A stretch of 64,000 nucleotides of DNA from the IMG/VR virus record IMGVR_UViG_3300037264_003623, positions 1 through 64,000 of that record. One strand, 5' to 3'. Under the pieces are notes generated by a model. The model was not told the origin of the DNA, ran no database searches, and worked only from the letters and a program-made list of their open reading frames with translations. The DNA comes from a virus. The first letter of the stretch is position 1. Every line of letters begins with the position of its first letter. A program made the translations under genes and the position numbers. Positions 34,881 to 43,323 of this stretch are shown piece after piece.

Positions 34881-35317
34881 CGAAGAGGATCATCAGGGAC
34901 GCTGAGGTGGCCGAGTTCCTGGCGTCGTTCAGGGAGAGGATACAGGGGGAGCAGGAGCGGAGCCCCGTCTGGCAGGAGCTGGTCTCGTTCCCCGGATGGG
35001 GTATGGCGAAGTTCACGCCCGAGTTGGCGAAGATTCCCATCATCCCCACGGCGGAGCTCCCAGACCCGAGGATGACCGCGCAGGGCAGGGCCGACTTCGT
35101 GAAGGGGCAAGAGGGCGCGGTCACCGACGAGGGGAAGGGTAAGCCGACTCCGGGTGCGATGACCTCCGTGGCGATGCCGGGCGGGGTCAACCCGTGGGCG
35201 GACGTCCGCAGGCCGACTGACAAGGGCCCGGTCTTCCTCGCGTCGAAGACCGACGTCCCGCCGCCGTTCCCGGGGGCGTGGGAGAAGCGCGAGGGGGGAT
35301 GGTTCAGGAAGGAGTAG
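34877..35317 (+). CDS. Hypothetical protein
   Basis: ATGA coupling, SD AGGAGG. Confidence 0.7.
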   Translation: MTKRIIRDAEVAEFLASFRERIQGEQERSPVWQELVSFPGWGMAKFTPELAKIPIIPTAELPDPRMTAQGRADFVKGQEGAVTDEGKGKPTPGAMTSVAMPGGVNPWADVRRPTDKGPVFLASKTDVPPPFPGAWEKREGGWFRKE

Positions 35318-35320
35318 ACC

Positions 35321-35491
35321 GTGCTGGAAGAACTGGGAAGCGGGATCAGCCACGGCTGGATTCCCAAGATCATCTTCGGGATGGGGATCGCCTTCCTCGC
35401 TGCGGGGCTGGTGAGAGAAGAGGATTGGCTGATGGTCGCCGGGACGTTGATGATTACGGGCGGAGCGATCTTGAAGTGGGAGAAGGAGTGA
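35321..35491 (+). CDS. Small two-TM membrane protein (56 aa, not in the ORF track)
   Basis: GTG after AAGGAG; IIFGMGIAFLAAGLV and WLMVAGTLMITGGAIL. Confidence 0.6.
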   Translation: MLEELGSGISHGWIPKIIFGMGIAFLAAGLVREEDWLMVAGTLMITGGAILKWEKE

Positions 35492-35494
35492 CCC

Positions 35495-35683
35495 ATGCCC
35501 GGCAGGGAAGACCTTATCGACGCCAAGCGCAGGCTATACGTCGAGCTTCTCAAGATGCAGCCCGACCAGGCAACCGACTCTGACCTGGAGCTGATGACTG
35601 CCCTCATGAAGGACGCGGGCATCCAGAGGATTCTCGACAAGCGGCTGAAGGAAAGGTCAGGGCCATGCCCTACGAATCAGTAA
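35495..35683 (+). CDS. Hypothetical protein
   Basis: SD AAGGAG. Confidence 0.6.
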   Translation: MPGREDLIDAKRRLYVELLKMQPDQATDSDLELMTALMKDAGIQRILDKRLKERSGPCPTNQ

Positions 35684-36111
35684 GCTCGAATTGCTACAGG
35701 ACGGGGCAGCAGAACTGCCACATCTGCGAGAACGCGGACTGCGGCGACAACACAACCCCAGACATCGTCAGGCTAAGGGAAGATCTGGCGGCTGCTCAGA
35801 AGGAGCGCGAGGAGATCATCCGGGCCGCGAAGCACTCTACTACCGACCCGAAACTTGCGGCAGCCAACGTAGTGATCAAGAACATGAAGCAGGATCTCAA
35901 GATCGCCAAGGAGATGCTGAAGCGGGCGGAGAAGCAGCGGGACGAGATCGCGGACGAGTGCCAGAAGATGGGGGCGCGGCTCGACGAGATGGAGAAGGTG
36001 GTGGTCGAGGCACTCGTCACGTTCGGTGGGAAGACAATCCCCCTGAAGGAGATGGTTGACGCGGTGAAGACGGCCAAAATTATCGGGAAAAGCCTTGACG
36101 AAAGCAAGTAA
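35665..36111 (+). CDS. Cys-rich N-terminus plus coiled-coil protein
   Basis: C...CHIC...C followed by a heptad-like region. Confidence 0.65.
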   Translation: MPYESVSSNCYRTGQQNCHICENADCGDNTTPDIVRLREDLAAAQKEREEIIRAAKHSTTDPKLAAANVVIKNMKQDLKIAKEMLKRAEKQRDEIADECQKMGARLDEMEKVVVEALVTFGGKTIPLKEMVDAVKTAKIIGKSLDESK

Positions 36112-36122
36112 TCAGATATAAT
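36095..36122 (+). promoter_or_regulatory. Promoter TTGACG-N16-TATAAT
   Basis: Consensus match. Confidence 0.75.
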
Positions 36123-36148
36123 AAAGGCGTCGAGTAAGTGAGGCGGTC

Positions 36149-36880
36149 GTGAAGATCGTGGACGGAAGGATCGTGGTCCTTGATCTGATAGCGGGGAGCC
36201 ACCTCTACGGGACCAACACGCCGGAGTCGGACGTGGACCTGCGCGGGGTGGTCCTCCCGAAGCCCGAGGAGATCATCGGCCTCGCCCGGTTCGAGCAGCA
36301 GGAGAAGCACGGGGGCGAGGATACCCTGTACTACTCCCTCCCGCGGTACATCCAGCTCCTTCTGAAGGGGAATCCCAACGTCATGGAGTGGATGCACGCA
36401 GACAAGAACGACTATCTCGTATGGGGGAAGATCCCCGCTGAGTTGTGGGCGAACCGGGACCGGTTCCTCTCCAAAAAGCTCGGCCTCGCGGCCCTGGGCT
36501 ACCTCAATGGGATGACCAAGAACATGCACTTCGGTGGGCCTACGCGGGACCTCGGGGCGAAGCGGAAGGCTCTTGTAGAGAAGTATCATTACGACACGAA
36601 GAACGCCGGGCATGCGGTCAGGATGGCCCGGGAGATCGCGGAGCTCTTCGAGACGGGCATCTTCAACGTCAAGAGGACGAAGGACCGGGAGGAGCTGATC
36701 GCCATTCGCAACGGCTCTCTCACCCTGGAGCAGGCGGAGGAGCTGATCGCCAGGGAGACCGAGCACGCTGAGCATGCGTTCGAGTTCAACTGGGCTGGCA
36801 TCGCCGAGAAGCCTGACACGGCCTGGGCGAACGACTTCCTCATGAGGGTCCAGAAGGCCATCGTCGTCGGGGAGGCGTAG
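36149..36880 (+). CDS. Pol-beta superfamily nucleotidyltransferase (RlaP/YcgL-like)
   Basis: GSHLYGTNTPESDVDLRGV, KGNPN, YDTK...HAVR, L..IRNG. Confidence 0.88.
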   Translation: MKIVDGRIVVLDLIAGSHLYGTNTPESDVDLRGVVLPKPEEIIGLARFEQQEKHGGEDTLYYSLPRYIQLLLKGNPNVMEWMHADKNDYLVWGKIPAELWANRDRFLSKKLGLAALGYLNGMTKNMHFGGPTRDLGAKRKALVEKYHYDTKNAGHAVRMAREIAELFETGIFNVKRTKDREELIAIRNGSLTLEQAEELIARETEHAEHAFEFNWAGIAEKPDTAWANDFLMRVQKAIVVGEA

Positions 36881-36884
36881 CTAA

Positions 36885-37352
36885 ATGCCGAGGTACGCAA
36901 GTCAGACGGAAGTGACCGTTGACCGTTCGAGGTCTGAGATCGAGCGGACCTTGGCCCGGTATGGAGCTGACCAGTTCATCTACGGATGGAACGCCAAAGG
37001 CGCGACGGTGGGCTTCCGCATGTGCGGTCGGATGATCCGATTCAACCTTGTGCTTCCGCCCAAGGACAACGAGGCGTTCACGAGGACGCCGGGGGGCAGG
37101 CGGGAGCGAAGCTCCGAGGCGGCCCTCGTAGTTTGGGAGCAGGCATGCAGGCAACGGTGGAGGGCACTCGCCCTGGTCATCAAGGCGAAGTTGGAGGCGG
37201 TTGAATCCGGGATCACCACGTTCGAGGATGAGTTCCTCGGGGCAACCCTTCTTCCCGATGGGAAGACGGTTGCGGAGTCAATCGGGGGCCAAATCACAGA
37301 TGCGTACAGGTCGGGCAATGTCCCGAAATTGCTCCCGATGCTGGAGGGATAG
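36885..37352 (+). CDS. Hypothetical phage protein
   Basis: YA..T.V...SR.EIE..L.RYGA; WRAL.L.IKAKLEAVE. Confidence 0.8.
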   Translation: MPRYASQTEVTVDRSRSEIERTLARYGADQFIYGWNAKGATVGFRMCGRMIRFNLVLPPKDNEAFTRTPGGRRERSSEAALVVWEQACRQRWRALALVIKAKLEAVESGITTFEDEFLGATLLPDGKTVAESIGGQITDAYRSGNVPKLLPMLEG

Positions 37353-37625
37353 ATGCAGTTCCGCGTCATCGATACGAAGACGGGCAAGGAGCCCGACCTG
37401 GAACAGATCGCCATCAACGAGGACTGGGCGAAGCGCCTCATGTACTGCGACATGGAGGGCTTCGCCGTTGAGGACGATGGCACCCTGCTTTTGCTCGACG
37501 AATGCGGGAACTTCGCCTACTGCCCGCCGGGCCGGTTCAAGGTGGTTCCCGACTTCTCCGCCCTGGTGGAGGCCAAGGAGGTCGGAGAGATCATGGGGGC
37601 GGACGATGAGAAAGTCGGGCGATAG
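37353..37625 (+). CDS. Hypothetical protein
   Basis: SD GGAGG; YCD.EGF...LLDECG. Confidence 0.7.
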   Translation: MQFRVIDTKTGKEPDLEQIAINEDWAKRLMYCDMEGFAVEDDGTLLLLDECGNFAYCPPGRFKVVPDFSALVEAKEVGEIMGADDEKVGR

Positions 37626-37783
37626 GGTCGGGGCTATGTCGCACCAGGAGGAAGGGACATCTTCGTCACCCCCGAGGTGAGGGAGATGATCGAGGTCGCC
37701 GCGGTGGGGAGGGAGGGTGCGGCCGGATGAGGACGTAGGACCGACGGATGGTAGAATGGGTCTGACTTGGGGCGGAGGTTTCC

Positions 37784-38335
37784 ATGAAGAAGTGCCCGGT
37801 GTGTGGCAAGGACAAGAGCGAGTTCGAGATGCGGCCCCTGGTGAATGTCGAGGAGCTGGCGGTCGGGGACGCAATGAGCGACCAGGACTCGAAGCAGGAC
37901 GTGGGCGGGGCGAAGGTCCACGTCGTCTGCCGGTCGTGCTGGCTCGCCCTCCTGGATGGCAAGTCCAAGGCCGAGATCATGGAGCTCCTGGAGACGATCT
38001 GCGGCATCCTCTTCGAGGTCGCGAGGGAGAGGCGGGAGAAGGGTCTCTGGGCCGAGCCCGCCGTCCTGATCGAGAAGATGAGTACGTTTCCCCATCCCAT
38101 CATGCCCATGCTCGCCGTAAGCCCGTGCTGCCCCACGCTCATTCCTTTTCCTGGATCGACCGGGGATATCCAGATTTCCGACGGGACCCACCGAGGCAAC
38201 TTCCTCATCAATAACATCTCGGAATCGGGGGTGGGAAACAACATGTCCATCAGGAATCTCGCCGCCCAGTGGGGCGATATGATGTTCGAGTCAGACGACG
38301 GGGAGGCGTGGTCCTCCAACAAGAAGTCGAGGTAG
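37784..38335 (+). CDS. Zn-finger hypothetical protein
   Basis: CPVCG...CRSC; SD GGAGG. Confidence 0.7.
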   Translation: MKKCPVCGKDKSEFEMRPLVNVEELAVGDAMSDQDSKQDVGGAKVHVVCRSCWLALLDGKSKAEIMELLETICGILFEVARERREKGLWAEPAVLIEKMSTFPHPIMPMLAVSPCCPTLIPFPGSTGDIQISDGTHRGNFLINNISESGVGNNMSIRNLAAQWGDMMFESDDGEAWSSNKKSR

Positions 38336-38337
38336 GC

Positions 38338-39693
38338 ATGGCCGAGCCGAAGGAATGGAAACCTGTTCTCAGGGAGGCGTTCCACCCGCCGCACGCGCAG
38401 GACGAGCTGGCCCTGGTGGAGCTGGGCGTCCCCTTCCACGAGCAGCGGTCGTTCGAGAAGCAGGTCCCGAGCTGGCGCTGGCCCCTGTGGGGGGTCGCCA
38501 TCGAGGAGATCGTCGGGAAGGAAGGCTCTGGGTGGAAGAGGGGGAAGACGATCGGGCTGTACGGGGAGAGGCCCCCCGTGTTCGCCCCGGTCGATGTGGC
38601 CCTGGGCAAGACCAGGATGGTCTCCGGGGAGCTGGCTGGGGTCGTCTCCTACAAGGACGCTAAGGGGAACCCGCAGAAGTTCGTCATGGTCGTGGAGCCT
38701 CAGTTCAAGACTGTCAAGGTCGCCCTCATGGGGAAGGCGGACCAGACGCAAGACGCGGAGCGCCTGTTCTCCGAGATTGCGAAGTGGACCGCGGAGCACA
38801 ACTTCTACAAGGGACAGAAGATCGACGCGACGGGGAAGTTCCTCGACCTTTCCGACATCGAGGAGGCCGACCTGATCTTGGCCGAGAAGACCAAGCACGA
38901 CATCTTCTTCAACGTCAAGACCATGGTGGAGAGGTGGAGCGACTACGCGCAGTACGGCATTGCCGCGAAGCGCGGGGTCATCTTGAGCGGGCCACCTGGG
39001 TGCGGTAAGTCCATGTCCCTCAAGGTGTTGGCGAAATCCCTTCCCTGCACATTCGTGTGGGCGACGCCTATGCACGTCATGAAGGCGGATGGGTTCGTCG
39101 ACATCTACGACTTGGCGAGGGAGCTCGCGCCCACGGTCGTGCTCCTGGAGGACGTGGACGTGTACGGGCTGGATCGGCGGCTCGCCGGGACCAACCCGCT
39201 CCTGGGGGACCTCCTCAACTCGATGGATGGGCTGGTCGAGAATAAGGGTGTGGTGACCATCGCGTCGAGCAACTATGCCGAGGTTCTCGACACCGCCCTC
39301 ACCAACAGACCGGGTCGGTTCGATGTGCGGGTCGCCGTCGGATATCCCGGGCCTAAGGAGGCCGAGGCCATCATTCGCAGGTCGCTGGAGAAGCGGAAGG
39401 TCGCCTTCAAGGGCGATCCAGGGGAGATCGTCAAGCTCTCGGGTGCCCTCTCCAACGTCTCGGCCAGCGGAGCGCACGTCGCCGAGGCGGTGAACTTCGC
39501 TATGATGCTGGCTGTCGAACGTGGGCGCGGGCGCGGCGGTCGCTTGTCCGTGGATGCGACGGACCTCCAGGATGCGGTCCAGCGGATCGTGGCGGATCTC
39601 GGCCAGAACGACGCGACCGAGAAGTCCATCGTCCAGGAGAACGTCCTGAAGTGGGGCAACTGGGCTAAGGACTTGTGGAAGTCGAGGAGGTGA
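38338..39693 (+). CDS. Classic AAA+ ATPase
   Basis: GPPGCGKS, LLEDVD, LLNSMDG, LDTAL.NRPGRFD. Confidence 0.92.
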   Translation: MAEPKEWKPVLREAFHPPHAQDELALVELGVPFHEQRSFEKQVPSWRWPLWGVAIEEIVGKEGSGWKRGKTIGLYGERPPVFAPVDVALGKTRMVSGELAGVVSYKDAKGNPQKFVMVVEPQFKTVKVALMGKADQTQDAERLFSEIAKWTAEHNFYKGQKIDATGKFLDLSDIEEADLILAEKTKHDIFFNVKTMVERWSDYAQYGIAAKRGVILSGPPGCGKSMSLKVLAKSLPCTFVWATPMHVMKADGFVDIYDLARELAPTVVLLEDVDVYGLDRRLAGTNPLLGDLLNSMDGLVENKGVVTIASSNYAEVLDTALTNRPGRFDVRVAVGYPGPKEAEAIIRRSLEKRKVAFKGDPGEIVKLSGALSNVSASGAHVAEAVNFAMMLAVERGRGRGGRLSVDATDLQDAVQRIVADLGQNDATEKSIVQENVLKWGNWAKDLWKSRR

Positions 39694-39696
39694 TCC

Positions 39697-40089
39697 GTGA
39701 AGGGCCGAGTGAATGGCCGGGACAGGAAGGTTCTGCAATTCAGGCAGAATGCGGGCGAGGGGCAACCGAAGGTGGTCGTGATGCCCTCTCCCGAAGCGGT
39801 CAGGCGGGTGGCGCAGGAAGCGGCGCGCCATGACGTCGGCGAGGTCGCCAGGGTCCTCAGCGAGAAGATTTCCATGATCTTCGCCGAGGAGGTCAAGTCG
39901 GCGGTGCTCCTCAACGCCCTGATCGAGATCCTCATCCAGAAGGGTGTCTTCACCAAGGATGAGTACAAGGAGCTGGTCAAGAAGCGCGAGGAAGAGACGC
40001 AGGACCGGTACGTCAGGGCGAAGGAGGCGATCAGAAGGGGCGAGGACCCCGGCCCCATCGTCCTGGGCAAGGAAGGCGAGGGGGGGTAG
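39697..40089 (+). CDS. Hypothetical protein
   Basis: SD AGGAGGTG. Confidence 0.7.
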   Translation: MKGRVNGRDRKVLQFRQNAGEGQPKVVVMPSPEAVRRVAQEAARHDVGEVARVLSEKISMIFAEEVKSAVLLNALIEILIQKGVFTKDEYKELVKKREEETQDRYVRAKEAIRRGEDPGPIVLGKEGEGG

Positions 40090-40818
40090 ATGCACGAGCT
40101 CTCTTCGATCTGGACGAAGGCCTTCGACAGGGCGTCTGGGGATTCGAGGAGGCTCGTCGTCAGGAGCGAGTGCGACATCCCTGTCCCGCCCGAGATCGTG
40201 GGGTGGTGGCAGGATGTGGCCGAGGATCGGGACGTCTCGGGCACCCTTCGCGTGCTGGAGTTCAATCCCAGCCTCCCGTTCGGCGAGGCCATCCAGGACG
40301 ACTCGGCGGTCGTCTACATCTCCAGGGATGAGAGGGTCATCCCCCACGTCTTCCTGAGGTCCAACGGGGCCCACGAGATACGGCACCTGGAGCAGAGGAT
40401 GAGGCCGTGGCTCGTGGACTGGTTCGTCCGCGAGAAGCTGATCCAGAACTTGCTCAAGGCGGACGGCCTGAAGAACCCCGACGCGGACTTCTTCAACCGG
40501 CACCACGAGGAGCTCCCCGACGAGGCCGACGCCTTCATGTTCGAGAAGGAGGTCGCAGGGTTCGACGCGAGACCCTTCGCGGCGGCGGTCAGGAAGGCGC
40601 TCAACGGTGGGGACGTGTGGCCCAACCCGTCGAAGTACGTCGTTCAGGTGACACGCCCCCTCGGCAGGTCGAAGACGCTGTTCGATCGGGCGCGGTCCCC
40701 GAATCAGATGGAGAAGCAGGCCAGCGACTCCTGCCCCAACGCGCCGGACGGGAAGCACGCATTCCTCTTCAACAGCCCGCAGTGCCTCAGATGCAGGAAG
40801 GTCTTCGACAGGAGGTAG
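40090..40818 (+). CDS. Putative HExxH zinc metallopeptidase-like protein
   Basis: AHEIRHLEQ with downstream E.DA. Confidence 0.6.
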   Translation: MHELSSIWTKAFDRASGDSRRLVVRSECDIPVPPEIVGWWQDVAEDRDVSGTLRVLEFNPSLPFGEAIQDDSAVVYISRDERVIPHVFLRSNGAHEIRHLEQRMRPWLVDWFVREKLIQNLLKADGLKNPDADFFNRHHEELPDEADAFMFEKEVAGFDARPFAAAVRKALNGGDVWPNPSKYVVQVTRPLGRSKTLFDRARSPNQMEKQASDSCPNAPDGKHAFLFNSPQCLRCRKVFDRR

Positions 40819-40820
40819 CA

Positions 40821-41228
40821 GTGCAGACGAACCGCAGCCAGAGGTGGGGCAAGAACATTTCCATCTCCCTCTCGAAGGCGGACAAGCCGGACCTCAAGAA
40901 GGCGGTCATGGACTTCCTGGAGAAGAACCCGGAGCCGAGCGACGACGCATGGCACGCATGGGCGGAGAGGGAGGGGTTCGACGTCCACCAGGCGGAGGCG
41001 GTCGCCTACGCCCTGGCTGGGCGGCTCGTCAAATTCCTTCGGGGAGGGCGGTCCAAGGGAGTACGACCGACAGGGGCGTCCGATGAGGAGGTCGTACTGG
41101 GCGTCGAGATCGAGTCCGAGCATGTCGACGACGAGGAGATCCAGAGGAAGATCGCCTACGACCACCTGGAGGAGTTCGAGAACTACAACACCGAGCTTCG
41201 CGACATGGAGGAGAGGCTGAACGGGTAG
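40821..41228 (+). CDS. DUF5661-like protein with shared leader
   Basis: GVEIESEH...KIAYDHLEE...Y..L..ME; GTG after AGGAGG. Confidence 0.7.
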   Translation: MQTNRSQRWGKNISISLSKADKPDLKKAVMDFLEKNPEPSDDAWHAWAEREGFDVHQAEAVAYALAGRLVKFLRGGRSKGVRPTGASDEEVVLGVEIESEHVDDEEIQRKIAYDHLEEFENYNTELRDMEERLNG

Positions 41229-41303
41229 GGGATTATCTTCCTGATCGGTTCGGATATGATGAGGGAAACCGGCGCGGGCCGGTCCTTTTGCTTTGGAGGC
41301 AAA

Positions 41304-42305
41304 ATGAACACCAAGGAAAGCAAGGTATGGGGGGCCAAGCTCGCGTCGGTCCTGGGCACCACGATCGAGAAAGGAACGCGAGAGGGTAAGAGGGAGGAGA
41401 CTCTATGCCTTGAGGAAGGCGAGGAATTGCTGACTCGCGGAGGCCCAGGTTCAGGCCATTTCGGGCATGCCGGGCGTCCCGGCGCGGTGGGTGGCAGCGT
41501 CGAGGGAGGGGTGCAGGCCGGTCGGGCCGAGGCTCCCGAGTCCCCCGAGCACTTCAAGTGGTCGGGCAAGTTCGAGATGAAGCGCAAGGCGGGGCCGGGC
41601 GTGAACCTCTCGATCATCAAGGACCCCCGCCAGCGCCACTTCGAGGTCCACGGGGCGGCTGACGCCAAGGGCAAGCCGAAGCGAGGGAAGGCCGTCATCC
41701 GGACCAACGGAGACACCATCGAGCTCGATCACGATGAGCTCCACGACCTTCGGTCGAAGATGCGCTACGTCCAGATGACGAATACCCGCGACATCCAGGA
41801 GATCGCGGGGAGGGAGATCGTCAGGGGAAACACGATCGAGGTCGAGCACAAGGGGAAGACGGTGAGGATCCCCGTGAACGAGGACACCGTCCGCGAGATT
41901 GATCGCGCCTCCCATGCCTCGAAGAAGGAGGGGTTCTCCTTCACAGGCGAGAGCAAGCGGGAGATCCACAGGGCATACGACAAGATGTCGCGGGGGAACC
42001 CGATCCACATCGTGAAGGACATGGGGTTCTCCAAGGCCGGGAAGTTCGCGGCGTTCCGGGCCTATGTGGACGGGCCGAAGCGGTCGAAGAAGGACGTGGA
42101 CCGCTTGGTCGAGAGCAAGCGCGGCGTGGTGTCGAAGTCGACGGTCCAGGCCCTTCGACGGACGGCGAAGCAGTTCTTCGAGACTAGGAAGTCGGGATGG
42201 GATGCGAGGGACGGGCGATCCGCCACGGACGCCATGAAGCACTACCAGAAGGCGGCGGCCCTGTTCTCCCGGATCGAGAAGTCGGGCGAGCGGAAGAGGA
42301 GGTGA
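41304..42305 (+). CDS. Basic protein with leader and GGPGSG tag (putative virion cargo)
   Basis: GGPGSGHFGHAGRPGAVGGS motif; SD GGAGG. Confidence 0.7.
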   Translation: MNTKESKVWGAKLASVLGTTIEKGTREGKREETLCLEEGEELLTRGGPGSGHFGHAGRPGAVGGSVEGGVQAGRAEAPESPEHFKWSGKFEMKRKAGPGVNLSIIKDPRQRHFEVHGAADAKGKPKRGKAVIRTNGDTIELDHDELHDLRSKMRYVQMTNTRDIQEIAGREIVRGNTIEVEHKGKTVRIPVNEDTVREIDRASHASKKEGFSFTGESKREIHRAYDKMSRGNPIHIVKDMGFSKAGKFAAFRAYVDGPKRSKKDVDRLVESKRGVVSKSTVQALRRTAKQFFETRKSGWDARDGRSATDAMKHYQKAAALFSRIEKSGERKRR

Positions 42306-42308
42306 AAA

Positions 42309-42599
42309 ATGGAGATCCCGAGCAATCTCAAGCCCTTCATCACACAGGAACAGTGGAGCCGCCTGCGGGTCGGAAATCTCTCCCCCGAGGACCAGGCGAC
42401 CGTGCTCGACATCCTCAACGGCGGGTTCGAGGGGATGGACCCCGAGAAGATCGACCCTGAGGACGTCGAGGAGACGGTGGATTTCGTCGAGGGGATCGTG
42501 GACGACCTCCTGGAGGAGGTCCCCGACCTTGACGAGGATGAGCTGGTTGCCGCGGAACAGACATCCGACGCCATCCTCGAAGAGATGGCCGAGGAGTGA
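42309..42599 (+). CDS. Small, very acidic protein
   Basis: D/E-rich; SD GGAGGTG. Confidence 0.7.
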   Translation: MEIPSNLKPFITQEQWSRLRVGNLSPEDQATVLDILNGGFEGMDPEKIDPEDVEETVDFVEGIVDDLLEEVPDLDEDELVAAEQTSDAILEEMAEE

Positions 42600-42655
42600 A
42601 GCACCGCCGCCTGAAGGCGGCTCTCGCCACATTTTTGTAGACGGAGGGACTCTCG

Positions 42656-43060
42656 ATGGGGGAGCAGGCGGACGGGCGATTCTACGGCCCTCACCTGACG
42701 ATCGACGCCTACGGGTGCTCCAAGGAGAGGCTCGCGAGCCTGGAGGCCGCGTTCGACTTCCTGGACCGGATGCCGGGGGTCATCGGGATGGAGAAGATCA
42801 CCAAGCCTTACGTGTTCCGGCATCTCGCGCCGCCGGACCCGGAGTGGGGAATCACGGGGGTGGTCATCATCGCCACGAGTCATGTGAGTTTTCATTCTTA
42901 TCCCCAGATGGGGGTGTGCTTCGTGGACGTCTTCTCATGCAGGCCGTTCGATACGCGGAGGGCCGTGGATTTCTTCCAGGAGACGTTCGGAGGGGACGAG
43001 GTCGAGATCCGCGAGGTGAAGCGCGGTCTCCATTTCCACGAGACAGGAGGCGCTCGGTGA
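42656..43060 (+). CDS. speD: Pyruvoyl-dependent S-adenosylmethionine decarboxylase-family proenzyme
   Basis: G.HL.ID.YGC, GITGVVII.TSH.S.H.YP, VDVFSC..FD. Confidence 0.85.
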   Translation: MGEQADGRFYGPHLTIDAYGCSKERLASLEAAFDFLDRMPGVIGMEKITKPYVFRHLAPPDPEWGITGVVIIATSHVSFHSYPQMGVCFVDVFSCRPFDTRRAVDFFQETFGGDEVEIREVKRGLHFHETGGAR

Positions 43061-43323
43061 GCGTAAAAAAGGTTCCGTGCCCGGTGTGCAACAAGGACAT
43101 GGAGTACGCGGGGCAGGAGGGAGGGCACAAGGAGCGGGCCAAGAGCGGCGAGGTCATCGAAACCGTCCATGTGTTCTTCATGTGCGAGAAGTGCGACACG
43201 TCGGTTCGCCTTCGCTTCCGGAAGGACGGCCAGACGGGGGACCTCTGGCGGGAGATCCAGAGGCGGAAAGCGGTAGGCAAGGTGGTCACCGACTTCGGTG
43301 GGAAGTTCGGAGAGATGGGATGA
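43057..43323 (+). CDS. Zn-ribbon protein
   Basis: CPVC...CEKC; coupled at both ends. Confidence 0.65.
   Translation: MSVKKVPCPVCNKDMEYAGQEGGHKERAKSGEVIETVHVFFMCEKCDTSVRLRFRKDGQTGDLWREIQRRKAVGKVVTDFGGKFGEMG

Noticed and set aside
37666-40758. 1030-aa minus-strand ORF and many other long antisense or off-frame ORFs (e.g. 42867..44948, 11405..12985, 5359..6960)
   Set aside because: Shadow frames of high-GC3 + strand genes, with no motifs or SD. Only 17205..18173 has independent domain evidence.
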